Origin: a virus
Lineage: Duplodnaviria; Heunggongvirae; Uroviricota; Caudoviricetes
DNA: 15,899 nt
Direction: 5' to 3' (one strand)
Virus record (IMG/VR): IMGVR_UViG_3300020050_014748
The translations under genes were made by a program, and so were the position numbers. Numbering within the stretch: the first letter of the stretch is position 1; the number at the start of each line of letters is the position of its first letter. Positions 5,723-15,166 of the stretch are shown here, one piece after another. The notes beneath the pieces were generated by a model. The model made no database searches. It saw only the letters and a list, made by a program, of their open reading frames with translations, and was not told the origin of the DNA.

Positions 5723-7906
5723 TTATCCTTGAATGTTAAATGTACGATTCATAAGTGCACTTTCAGGGTTTGAGTTTCCATTCATAGAAATATTCGTGTT
5801 GACTTTTCCGCCCAACTTACGATTAAACCCTCTTGGGTTTGATGTGAACCCTGGGCCACCTCTTCCCTTCGGAATACCTTTTGCTGTTGGTGGACCTCCT
5901 GCTTTCTCTAGAAGATTAATTGGAGCACCAGCTTGGGCAAATGGAGAAGCACCAGAATCTCCAGGTGTTCTCAACATAGACAAAGCCTGACTAAGAACAT
6001 TTGGTGGAACAACATTAGATGTTGGTCCTGAAGGCATAGGAGCAGGCATTCCTCCACCCATCATTGCAGCCATTTCTGGTGGCATACCCTCCATAGGCAT
6101 TTCTCCTGGTGCTCCTTCTGGTGGAAGAGGTTGTCCATCCATACCAATAGGTTGCCCATCTGGTCCCACTGGATTCTCCTCTTGGTCTTCAGCAGATTTA
6201 GCAATAGAATCAAGACTCCAATTCCAATCAGCAAGAACTTTTGTTGTTAATTTCCTAGGATCAACAAACGGAAGTGGTATAAGGAGCTGGAATAGATCCA
6301 TATCTTGTTTCTTTTTAATATCATTTTGTCCAGCAATAGAAGGAAGAACAGCAGCTTTGTAGTCAAATCTACCCAACAGGTCATCTTTCTCAATAATGGG
6401 AAACTCAAGTTCACCATTATCTCCAAGAATTCGTATTGTCATTTTCTCTGTAAATAACTGACGTGACATATCCATCCAATATCTCATCACATCAGAAAGG
6501 CCCTCACCGAGGTGGTTTACAAACAATCGAACTCTTTCTAATGTTGATTCACGCAGGTGTCTAACTTCAGTAGCAGATCCAGCAGATCCCCCAGCCCCCA
6601 TAGAGAAATCATCAACACCGGATGAATATCTCATGTCACTCTTAAGAAGATCTTCTTCTCTATAAGCAGAACCCTTAATATCACTAAACTGAACTTCTCT
6701 CACCCCTTGTGGGTCAACTGAATAAATAATACCAAAAGGTCTTGTTACGAGTTCGTCTTTATTTATGTTTGCAAGAGGGTTAACAATCCACATCTTGTGA
6801 ATACTCAAAGTTGCAGCATCAAGACGCTGGTTCTTAATCATATTGAGCATGATCTGTGGATTTTCAAGAATCATTGGCAAGCCAATACCCTCAAACTCAT
6901 TTGGCATCTTTAAATAAGGAACTTCAATAAAAGGAGTTTCTTTAAAGTCATAAGGAAAAGGAATAGATCCACCCTTTAAGATAGGAACATAACTTCCACC
7001 GATATGTACAGAATATTCATCGTCAAACGGTCTATACCATTCAAAAACTTCATACATTTGAAGATCTTGATCTCCGTAGTTATTGTATTTATCGGTCCCT
7101 ACACCTCGTAAAGCACCATAACTGGCTTCTGCGCCTTTTACAATAAGCTCGTGAGATTTTTTTGTAAGCGCTCTAACAGAAGCGTAATCATTAAGATCAC
7201 CCCCAGGACTATTTAATCCCATTTTAAGTCTTTTTGAGTCAGCCATTGGATATCTTCTCTTTATTTCAGGAGCAGTCAATACAAATCTTTTAAACCAGTA
7301 TTGCTTACTTTGTCGTGCTGTATTATGCCAGTCGTACCACAGTGAGTAGTTATCTACCCATTCACAGTAAGGTGCATCATAAAAAACTTTCTCTTTTGTC
7401 TCGTATTCATACTTCTTACTTGAAACATCTTTTGTTTTAAGAAATTTAAGCTTTCGAACATCTTTCTTCCAACTAACTTGTAAGTAACCAGTACCGTAAA
7501 TAAGAGACGATCTAACGAGTGTCTCCATTGTTGAGTCCATTCCAGCTATTTCCCATAGGTAATCACCAAGCTGTTGTTGTTTCTCTGATTTAAGTTGATC
7601 ATCTGCTGTTCTTCCTTGAACTGTAAATTCAGGACGAGCATCCAAAACACGAGGCATAAGTGTTTCAACCACCGCTTGTGTATACGGCACGAAAACATTA
7701 GCCTGCCATTTCTTTATCTGGATCTGTCGATCACCATTCCATCCTATGTATAGTTTATAAGATCTATCGAGTCTTGGTTTTATTTGATTCAAGAAATGAT
7801 TACGAGCATCTTGCATTTGAAGATGAAACTTATTCATCAAATCCTTATCACCAAAATCGTCTGGTGTATATGATCCTATTTCTCTTGAGCTTCTTGAGTT
7901 TGACAT
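5723..7906 (-). CDS. Portal protein (727 aa) with a long Pro/Gly/Met-rich C-terminal extension
   Basis: Directly downstream of TerL; ANVFVPYTQAVVETLMPRVL, GIGLPMILENPQIMLN..KNQRLD and SATEV motifs of P22/SU10-like portals. Confidence 0.9.
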   Translation of the reverse strand: MSNSRSSREIGSYTPDDFGDKDLMNKFHLQMQDARNHFLNQIKPRLDRSYKLYIGWNGDRQIQIKKWQANVFVPYTQAVVETLMPRVLDARPEFTVQGRTADDQLKSEKQQQLGDYLWEIAGMDSTMETLVRSSLIYGTGYLQVSWKKDVRKLKFLKTKDVSSKKYEYETKEKVFYDAPYCEWVDNYSLWYDWHNTARQSKQYWFKRFVLTAPEIKRRYPMADSKRLKMGLNSPGGDLNDYASVRALTKKSHELIVKGAEASYGALRGVGTDKYNNYGDQDLQMYEVFEWYRPFDDEYSVHIGGSYVPILKGGSIPFPYDFKETPFIEVPYLKMPNEFEGIGLPMILENPQIMLNMIKNQRLDAATLSIHKMWIVNPLANINKDELVTRPFGIIYSVDPQGVREVQFSDIKGSAYREEDLLKSDMRYSSGVDDFSMGAGGSAGSATEVRHLRESTLERVRLFVNHLGEGLSDVMRYWMDMSRQLFTEKMTIRILGDNGELEFPIIEKDDLLGRFDYKAAVLPSIAGQNDIKKKQDMDLFQLLIPLPFVDPRKLTTKVLADWNWSLDSIAKSAEDQEENPVGPDGQPIGMDGQPLPPEGAPGEMPMEGMPPEMAAMMGGGMPAPMPSGPTSNVVPPNVLSQALSMLRTPGDSGASPFAQAGAPINLLEKAGGPPTAKGIPKGRGGPGFTSNPRGFNRKLGGKVNTNISMNGNSNPESALMNRTFNIQG

Positions 7907-7917
7907 ATATAATTCAA

Positions 7918-7931
7918 ATTATAGCATTAGT
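7918..7931 (-). promoter_or_regulatory. Extended -10 promoter ACTAATGCTATAAT upstream of portal
   Basis: Perfect TGnTATAAT ending 11 nt before the portal ATG; no recognisable -35 at 17-nt spacing (GGTGGA). Confidence 0.65.
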
Positions 7932-7934
7932 ACA

Positions 7935-10484
7935 CTAATATCCACCGAAAATAGGAATATGATTATCTGATAATTGTGTTGTTGGTTTCGTACTCATAAC
8001 TTTAAACGCCTGGAATGCGATAGCGAGCGCAAAGACCCCATCATCATGAAAACCGTCCATAGCACCAGATCTATTATTTTTATCATATACAAATACAGTC
8101 ATTTCGTCTAGTAAAACCTTAGAGTGAATTAAAAGGTCTTTATCTCTAATAGCTTGAACAATATCATCTATCATGATGTTTCTAGTCATGAGTGTTGTTT
8201 TCCAGCCAAGTTTATCTGACCACGGTGATGCAACTGTTTCAAATTTTGAAGGTCTGAAGTACATAGACGGATACAGCAACTGCTTTAATATCGTTACTGT
8301 AGTAAGGCCGTGGTTGTTTATTTCCACCGCCATTAATGCATTATTATAATATCTTCCTATTTCATTTAATTGCTCGCCGAATTTATCTGGAGCTATTTGT
8401 GCCCGAAACATAGCAACCTCTTCTCCTGTCGTACGATTAAATATTACTGCAACCGAATAGTCTCCCCCAGTCACCCCTTCCGCAACGTCAGCTCCCACCA
8501 CGTAAAATGCACCGACTTCCGGCTCTTTATAAATTGTCCAATCGTTTTTTTCTCTTACAATATGGACAACACCATGTTCGTCTGTGATTTGGTCACCGAC
8601 TTTTAGTTGGTGTTCTCTCATTTCATTAACAACCTTAGAATCAAAAACCATTCTACCTGAGGCAAGAAACGTAAGTTCGTACTCCTGAGCAAACTTCTGT
8701 GGATCATTCATTCTTCTTCTGATTGTTTCTATCTGTTCTTCTGTATACATCCACCACCAACCATACTCTCTTTTTGCATAGTCGTTATCAGAAACCCACA
8801 TCCTGTGGTATAGATTTCCTGCCCCTTTTGGTGTAGATTCAATTATAATCTTACCCTCAATCGGCACTGATGCTTCAATTGTCATCATTTTTTCATCGGC
8901 TTTTTCCCAACTCGAAAGCTCTGTACAATTATGAACAACACCAGAATGTGTCAAAAAACTATGTGGCTCTTTTTCTAAAACAATATCATACACAAGATCT
9001 TCTTTTTCTATTTCTTTGATACTTCTAATTTTCATCCAATAATGAAATCTCCCTCTTACCCATGTTTTTTGTCCATAATTTCTGCCCGGGTCATTTTCTA
9101 TTATCCACCTAAATCTTCCATTATCATATGTTGGCATTGGAAAATTTAACTTTCTTCTTAGTTTGTAATTACCTGGTCCTAATATTGATAGATTATATCT
9201 AGTTTGATTTTTCACACCATACCTACTTGTTTCACATGAATTAATTGAAGCAAGCCCTATTCGCAATGAAACAAGCAACTTCTTAACCTGATAAACAAGA
9301 GATGGGCTAATTGATACAAGTATAGCCTTACGGTCATTAGTCAAACAACCATCTCCAAGGAAAACACCCCTTAAGAAACCATACCCAAAATCCCATCCCC
9401 AATACCAAACTTTATCTGAGATCGTTTTATTTGCAGCCCCACTCCCAAAGAAATCCGAAAAAAATAATGATAATGGACTTGAATATACACATATTGTTGC
9501 CGTCTCACTTTTTTTACTCAAATAAACACTAATTTTATTAACAACACTACCAACTGTTTTTTGTAGTAATGGCAACAAGTAATCTACCTCATTTTTATTA
9601 ATAGAAAATATTGTTCTCCCTGGTGTAATGGAACCTTCTGCTGCAAACCAACCACAAACTTCCCCAAAATCTCTACTGTATTTTAGAACACCCGTTTTTG
9701 TTCTTGATTTATATTCGTCTTTAACATAAACACTTAAATCAAATTCCTTAAATCTATTTCTTAGTTGAAAGTATGGATACCCAACATAATCCCCACTCTT
9801 TAAAACACCAGCTGGCTTCCAACCATCTCTAGTTAAGACCTCGTGATTCTCTGTCAACTTAAGATCATTAATACACCCAACAGTATCTATTGATAACATT
9901 TTAGTATCAGGCTTTTTTTGAATTACTTTTTTTACTTTTGATTTACCACCATTTCCATTAACAATAAAATCCCCATCTTTTAGGTTTTTTATTTTTATTA
10001 AATTTCCATTGTCACCAAAGACAATAGTATCACCTGACAGACAAAGCACATTATGCAAGGTATACCCGCGTCCCACATTCTCAGTTGAAGGAAGAACGAG
10101 AAGCTTAGATCCTAGTTTAGGAAATGACATTTCATACTTTGAGTTATATTGAACAGTCGGTCTTAATTCACCTGGCGTTGAAGAATAAAATGTTTTAACC
10201 TTATCAAGAAGTTCTGAGGTAAGGTCAGAGTTGTATCCAATAATAGCAGTGTTGGTACCTGGTTGCATAACTGTTCTGTGGTACAGAGCCGCAGTTGCTA
10301 CTGTTGAATATCCGATTTGTCGCGCTTTCAACACAATCATACGGTTAAATTTTTTAAACGTATTTAAGAAATCTTTCTGTGCTTCATTTAATATAAAAGG
10401 AATTAACCCTGGTGTTTTACCTTTGATTTTTAAAAAAGATTCAATATAAAATTTTGGATCAAGTAATTTTTTGATTTTATTCAT
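7935..10484 (-). CDS. terL: Terminase large subunit, intein-containing (likely start ATG 10484; about 477 aa after splicing)
   Basis: Q-motif LNEAQ, Walker A KARQIGYST, Walker B reconstituted as NVL/CTE after splicing, RNase H-like nuclease motifs VGADVAEG, VEINNHG and HDD. The track start at 10499 is TTG; ATG 10484 overlaps the terS stop as ATGAATAA. Confidence 0.95.
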   Translation of the reverse strand: MNKIKKLLDPKFYIESFLKIKGKTPGLIPFILNEAQKDFLNTFKKFNRMIVLKARQIGYSTVATAALYHRTVMQPGTNTAIIGYNSDLTSELLDKVKTFYSSTPGELRPTVQYNSKYEMSFPKLGSKLLVLPSTENVGRGYTLHNVLCLSGDTIVFGDNGNLIKIKNLKDGDFIVNGNGGKSKVKKVIQKKPDTKMLSIDTVGCINDLKLTENHEVLTRDGWKPAGVLKSGDYVGYPYFQLRNRFKEFDLSVYVKDEYKSRTKTGVLKYSRDFGEVCGWFAAEGSITPGRTIFSINKNEVDYLLPLLQKTVGSVVNKISVYLSKKSETATICVYSSPLSLFFSDFFGSGAANKTISDKVWYWGWDFGYGFLRGVFLGDGCLTNDRKAILVSISPSLVYQVKKLLVSLRIGLASINSCETSRYGVKNQTRYNLSILGPGNYKLRRKLNFPMPTYDNGRFRWIIENDPGRNYGQKTWVRGRFHYWMKIRSIKEIEKEDLVYDIVLEKEPHSFLTHSGVVHNCTELSSWEKADEKMMTIEASVPIEGKIIIESTPKGAGNLYHRMWVSDNDYAKREYGWWWMYTEEQIETIRRRMNDPQKFAQEYELTFLASGRMVFDSKVVNEMREHQLKVGDQITDEHGVVHIVREKNDWTIYKEPEVGAFYVVGADVAEGVTGGDYSVAVIFNRTTGEEVAMFRAQIAPDKFGEQLNEIGRYYNNALMAVEINNHGLTTVTILKQLLYPSMYFRPSKFETVASPWSDKLGWKTTLMTRNIMIDDIVQAIRDKDLLIHSKVLLDEMTVFVYDKNNRSGAMDGFHDDGVFALAIAFQAFKVMSTKPTTQLSDNHIPIFGGY
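8928..10043 (-). mobile_element. Full-length intein with LAGLIDADG homing endonuclease (372 aa) in TerL
   Basis: Block A CLSGDT (Cys1 codon 10043-10041), block B LTENH, LAGLIDADG-like GWFAAEG and FLRGVFLGDG, block F VYDIV, block G VHN (Asn codon 8930-8928), +1 extein Cys. Confidence 0.95.
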
Positions 10485-11004
10485 ATAAATTTTTACCAAC
10501 TTTATTCTCTTCCTCCTTTTGTATTCTCAAGAACTCTGGCATTTCAGGTGTAGCAACCTCATACTCAACATCAATTGGTTCTTCTATTTGTTTATCTTCT
10601 TTTTCTGCGGACTTTAATATCATATCTTCCCAACTTCCCGTATCAGCCTGAACGTCTTCATATTTATCCATACCTAGAGATTTAAGTACAATCTGAAGCG
10701 CCTTAATTCTATCAGCTGACTTTTCAGCTGTTTCTGCTTCAACTTTTAGACCTTGTGCTATCCATCCAAAATCCATCCCTAGTCTTTTTAACGCAGAATA
10801 ATATTCTTTTCTATTTGCAATCTTATCAAAGGTACGAGAAACATCGGCCATGGTTTTTGCGCCGATCATTTTTTGTAACATCTTTGGATCACTCGTAACC
10901 TTAAGAGCCTTAAGAAGAAGGAACTCTTTTAAGTTATCCTTTCCGTAATAATTATATCTACCTGAAATAAAAGAAACTGGTTTTAGTTTTTTGTCTTCAT
11001 TCAT
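10477..11004 (-). CDS. terS: Terminase small subunit (175 aa)
   Basis: Immediately upstream of and overlapping terL; ADRIKALQIVLKSLGM matches the common TerS 'DRlKAlelLgK.lGm' oligomerisation helix. Confidence 0.75.
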   Translation of the reverse strand: MNEDKKLKPVSFISGRYNYYGKDNLKEFLLLKALKVTSDPKMLQKMIGAKTMADVSRTFDKIANRKEYYSALKRLGMDFGWIAQGLKVEAETAEKSADRIKALQIVLKSLGMDKYEDVQADTGSWEDMILKSAEKEDKQIEEPIDVEYEVATPEMPEFLRIQKEEENKVGKNLYE

Positions 11005-11005
11005 A

Positions 11006-11650
11006 TTATTTTAATCGTTTAACATACATTGGATGCCTCTTGCTTCTAATAATCCCAAATACATCTTTCCCTTCACTATCATTATACTTTCCTATGTAGT
11101 TTATAACAAAATCTGCAAAACTAGTAAAGTTCATCTTGTGCTCATCTGCATAATTTAAAAGATCTATTCTTTCAGGGAGTTGGTGAACAAGAACAAGAAA
11201 GTCTAATGTAATGTTTTTAAACGGATACTTAAACTTTTCTGGGTTTTTAAATGGATCAGATTTACTAAACAATGGGTATAACTCCTTGAAGTAAGTTACA
11301 ATTTTATTATAACAAAATGAATACGAAATAAAATGAGTGTTTGATCCAATTAATTCTTTTGTGAACACACTAAAAGCTGACCTAGAACAGACACCAGTTT
11401 GGGTTCCATTCCTATAACCAGTATATTTAAACTTGTCGGATAACCATGACATCTTAATGAAAGTATCCCAAACCGAAAAAGAAGACTCAATAAGAAAGCC
11501 CTTAAATGTGTCTCTGTATTCAGCTATACTATCAAATCCCTTTGGAGATTCTATTCTGTCTATTCTTAGCCTACTTAAATATCGAGTAGACTGGAATACT
11601 TTTTCATAATCTTGCATCTCTGGAGGGAATACTCTCATTTTTTTATTCAT
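11006..11650 (-). CDS. Hypothetical protein (214 aa), aromatic-rich and basic; possible DNA-binding protein
   Basis: ORF track; stop lies 1 nt before the terS ATG. The C-terminal helical pattern only weakly recalls LmbU/DUF1016-type domains. Confidence 0.7.
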   Translation of the reverse strand: MNKKMRVFPPEMQDYEKVFQSTRYLSRLRIDRIESPKGFDSIAEYRDTFKGFLIESSFSVWDTFIKMSWLSDKFKYTGYRNGTQTGVCSRSAFSVFTKELIGSNTHFISYSFCYNKIVTYFKELYPLFSKSDPFKNPEKFKYPFKNITLDFLVLVHQLPERIDLLNYADEHKMNFTSFADFVINYIGKYNDSEGKDVFGIIRSKRHPMYVKRLK

Positions 11651-11671
11651 ATTATAATTTAAATCTTAAAA

Positions 11672-12139
11672 CTAAATTTGGGGAACTTGATTTATTGGTT
11701 GTTCCATGTCCGGTCCCGGGACTGGAGGTGGAAGTTCTTGTACCATATCTATTTTACTTTGTGGATCTTCCATTCCCTCTGGGATTTGCGCTGTTTCTTC
11801 TGCCTCCTGATAAGATAATATTTTACTTACTGCTTGTTCGAAAATCATATACACATCAGGATTTTCTTCTTTTAATTCAAGTAAGAACTGAGCTACTTGT
11901 TCTTGGTTTGATGGATCAATTCCATTCTTTTGTAGTATTTCAAAAAGCATTGCAATAGATTCATCTTTAATTTTTCTCACCTGAGCATCAGATGAAGAAA
12001 GTTGTCCTTCAAACATTTTATATTTATCAGTAACAGCTTCCATAAGACCTTCAAGGTCGTCTCTTTTTTCTTCTGGTGTCATCATACTACCGATTTCTCT
12101 AGGTAGTTGAACTCCACCAGACATTGTTAATTCATCCAT
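11672..12139 (-). CDS. Acidic helical hypothetical protein (155 aa) with Pro-rich tail
   Basis: ORF track; ATG lies 2 nt after the stop of the 1004-aa gene (TAAttATG). Confidence 0.75.
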   Translation of the reverse strand: MDELTMSGGVQLPREIGSMMTPEEKRDDLEGLMEAVTDKYKMFEGQLSSSDAQVRKIKDESIAMLFEILQKNGIDPSNQEQVAQFLLELKEENPDVYMIFEQAVSKILSYQEAEETAQIPEGMEDPQSKIDMVQELPPPVPGPDMEQPINQVPQI

Positions 12140-12141
12140 AA

Positions 12142-15100
12142 TTATTTTTTAGGGTTATCTTGTAAATAAGTAATATCCATTGTATCAACAGGGAGACCGG
12201 CGAGGCCTGACAATGCTTTTGTAACCAACTCTGCAGAACTTTCCTTCTTAGGTATTCCAAGAGAAGATTTTTGTTGAGTTGCATTCGCTAATTTTCTAAA
12301 TGTATAACTTGGAATATATTTACTACTTCCAGGTGCAACATTTTCCATAACGCCACCCACTGGTAAACCAGCAGCACCCAAGAATCCAGGGACATACGCC
12401 TCACCGAGTGTTCTTGCTGCATACCCAAGTTTATTAATACCAGTTGCTGATTCTGGATATAACGGTTGACCAAATTGGTTTAATGGTCGCTCTCCATCCA
12501 ACAATAACGGCATTATAAAGTAATCAAACAACACTTGTCCAGCAGGGTCTTTGAATAACTGAGATTTATCAACGGTCTTTACAAGAGTGTCTGGTAGCAT
12601 ATCTTTGTAAGATCTATTTGACTGACTCCAGAGTGACATAGAATAATACGGAAGGAAGTTTGCAAGATTAACATACGCAGGGTGAGAATCCATAAACGGG
12701 ACTCTTAGCATTGCTGGTGAATTAAACCACTGTGCGTACTTACTCTCAAGATTCTTTTTCTCTATCGGGGTCTTAGCGCCAGAGAGCTCGTGAATCATAA
12801 AGTTTATTTGATTAAAAGAAGCTGGATTATGAAGAAGCGTCTTGGCTGTTTTAGGAACCATGGCATACGAGAATGACAGGAACGGAGCACCTAATATTGG
12901 CATTGATCTCATCATACGAACGAATGCAGGCATAGCTGAGTAATTCATGTTTGTTTCATTAACTAAATCAGTTGCCTTATCCCATGTTAGTCTATATCTT
13001 TTTCGTCCATTAACAACAGCTTCTCCAACTATATCAGCACGTGAAATACCTCCTGGTACAAGACGAGAAAGCTTTGCAAGTGATTCAGCGGTAAGACCTG
13101 TTTTTGTTGCGTGTATTGCTTTTCCTAGTTTTGAGGCTTGGTCGTGCATTTCAAAAGTATTCATACCTTTCTCCATTATGTTCTGAAGACCTTTATACAC
13201 AATATTACCTTCTGCTGCTTTTCTTTTTATAAAATCCATTCCAGGACCCCCAGTTATACCGAGGTCTTGAATAACAGAAGAGGGATCACCAGCGAGTTCA
13301 GGCTTACCGGCTTTACTATATCTCTCAATCATTTCTGTTGGAGTTTCAATCTTCATTGATTTATTTGATTTAACAAAATCTTGCAACTCTCTTACGGCAC
13401 TCCCCTTAGCAGCTCCTGCTGCTTCAGCGGCGTTATCAAGAGCAGCACGTAACTCTTCTGGCATCTTTGCTAATTGTTCCAAAAACTCTTGCTCATTCTT
13501 TGCTGTTAATAAGCCAGTTGCTCGTAGGTCTTTACTGAGGTGGTCAATAAAATACTTTCCGCCAACAAGCGATGGGTCAAAACCGTACGTCCCCTTAAAT
13601 GCATTAGGATTAGTGGCTACGAACTTTGCATAGTCACTCGCTTCTTTCATGAAATTATCAATAATAAATTTAGGCCCCTGCTTTCCACTTAAAAACTTAT
13701 ACGCCTGAATAACTTCAGGTACTGTTTCTGTAACATCCCATCCAGCCATTTTATCCATAACAATGTTACCTACAACCGCGTTGGTATGCGAAGCTGGGTT
13801 TAATGGAACTTTAGCCATCTTGAAAAATTTAGTTGCAAAATTTAGTGTGTTTAAAAATTTCTCACCAGCCTTAATATCACCGACTTTAAAATCTTTTATT
13901 TTTTTACCCCACGCATCACTTAGATCGTCATAAAACTTTATTCCAGTTTTATCTTTGTTCATTCGAAGATATTTCTGTACAGCATTTTTGGTTATACCTT
14001 CAGCTTCGGCTTCAGCTAGCATTCGTGCTTCAAAATCAGCAATATTATCTGCGTGAATATAACTACCAGGGACTCCTTCTTTGGCGATAAACTCAGCATC
14101 ATCAATACCTTCTCTAATTACATTTTCAAGTTTTGACAACTCAACAGAACTACCTGGTTTCATCGGACTCCCTATTGAATTATCTATTATTTTTGAAACA
14201 TCAGCATCAACAGTAGAAAGATCATCACCTTTGTTTGTGATCTTTGTAATCTTGTCTTTTATTTTTACCAATCTCATGTACTCATGCGGATCATACTTGA
14301 ATTTCTCAATAAATTCTTCACCCCCAGGGAAACTTCTTATCCTATCTTCAACATAATTTCCGAGAGTTACACCATCCGCTGAATTAAACTTACCAAAACT
14401 TGCAAGACCTTCCATTCCACCCTTATTAAGACCAGCGAGTTCATCATACCCAGTTAGAGCGTTATATCTTTCTGCTTCATTCCAAATCTTCTTAGCAGCT
14501 TTCTGGAATGTGCTTGTTTTTTTAACTCCAGGAATTAAAGAGGCTGCATCAACGAAACCCTCACCGGCCGCTGATGTAAAACCATGCAGTGCACCTTTTA
14601 CACCACCTTTTGTAAGTCCACGTAATGTTTTAGGAACAACAGCAGTAGTTCCTGCAGTAACCCAGTTTACGGGATCAAGCGCAACGTCAAGCATAAAGCC
14701 AAGTGGTGCAGAAATAAAGCCAGGAGTCCCCGCTTTTTCCATGAGATCACCAAATGTTCTATGTCCAACCTGCGTGTTCTCTTTTATATTTTCAAGAACT
14801 CCATCTTTTGCTCCAGCACCCACAAGGGATTCAGTTGCCCCAACAATACCATAAAGTGGGCGAGACAACGCAGTCAAGATTCTATTTATAGGACCCTGGT
14901 TTTCTTTCTTACCAGTCTCAGGAGACTCCAATCCTAACGCACTCTCTTTGCCGTACCAATCTTCTTTTAATTTTTGTCCCTCAAGAGAACGAATTCTCTC
15001 CTTTATTTTAGACAATTGCACATCGGTATTAACATCACTAGAACTAGGAACACTAGAACCATACGATGTAGGAGAAGAAGCCAGTGAATCTTCCAATTCA

Positions 15101-15156
15101 CTTCTTGTTTTCATTGCAGACTCAAGATCTGCTTTATTAAAAGGTGTTATAGCCAT
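12142..15156 (-). CDS. Large internal virion / DNA ejection protein (1004 aa), podovirus-like
   Basis: Ala/Gly/Lys-rich and helical; motifs GFMLDVALDPVNWV, NPASHTNAVVGN and NYSAMPAFVRMMRSMPILGAPFLSFSY recall large polyvalent/internal virion proteins (LPD38-like C-terminal region, recalled and not verified). No catalytic motif recognised. Confidence 0.65.
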   Translation of the reverse strand: MAITPFNKADLESAMKTRSELEDSLASSPTSYGSSVPSSSDVNTDVQLSKIKERIRSLEGQKLKEDWYGKESALGLESPETGKKENQGPINRILTALSRPLYGIVGATESLVGAGAKDGVLENIKENTQVGHRTFGDLMEKAGTPGFISAPLGFMLDVALDPVNWVTAGTTAVVPKTLRGLTKGGVKGALHGFTSAAGEGFVDAASLIPGVKKTSTFQKAAKKIWNEAERYNALTGYDELAGLNKGGMEGLASFGKFNSADGVTLGNYVEDRIRSFPGGEEFIEKFKYDPHEYMRLVKIKDKITKITNKGDDLSTVDADVSKIIDNSIGSPMKPGSSVELSKLENVIREGIDDAEFIAKEGVPGSYIHADNIADFEARMLAEAEAEGITKNAVQKYLRMNKDKTGIKFYDDLSDAWGKKIKDFKVGDIKAGEKFLNTLNFATKFFKMAKVPLNPASHTNAVVGNIVMDKMAGWDVTETVPEVIQAYKFLSGKQGPKFIIDNFMKEASDYAKFVATNPNAFKGTYGFDPSLVGGKYFIDHLSKDLRATGLLTAKNEQEFLEQLAKMPEELRAALDNAAEAAGAAKGSAVRELQDFVKSNKSMKIETPTEMIERYSKAGKPELAGDPSSVIQDLGITGGPGMDFIKRKAAEGNIVYKGLQNIMEKGMNTFEMHDQASKLGKAIHATKTGLTAESLAKLSRLVPGGISRADIVGEAVVNGRKRYRLTWDKATDLVNETNMNYSAMPAFVRMMRSMPILGAPFLSFSYAMVPKTAKTLLHNPASFNQINFMIHELSGAKTPIEKKNLESKYAQWFNSPAMLRVPFMDSHPAYVNLANFLPYYSMSLWSQSNRSYKDMLPDTLVKTVDKSQLFKDPAGQVLFDYFIMPLLLDGERPLNQFGQPLYPESATGINKLGYAARTLGEAYVPGFLGAAGLPVGGVMENVAPGSSKYIPSYTFRKLANATQQKSSLGIPKKESSAELVTKALSGLAGLPVDTMDITYLQDNPKK

Positions 15157-15166
15157 ATATTTTTAT

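Noticed and set aside
10044-10058. His-Asn (LHNVL) just before the intein N-terminus, mimicking a second C-terminal splice junction
   Set aside because: It is followed by Val, not Cys/Ser/Thr, and is part of the normal strand leading into Walker B; no second intein is present.
1966-14854. Plus-strand ORFs in the track (for example 4800-5285, 14510-14854, 5733-5990, 14081-14356)
   Set aside because: All lie largely or wholly antisense to well-supported minus-strand genes, have Phe/Leu/Ser-rich shadow composition and show no recognisable motifs.
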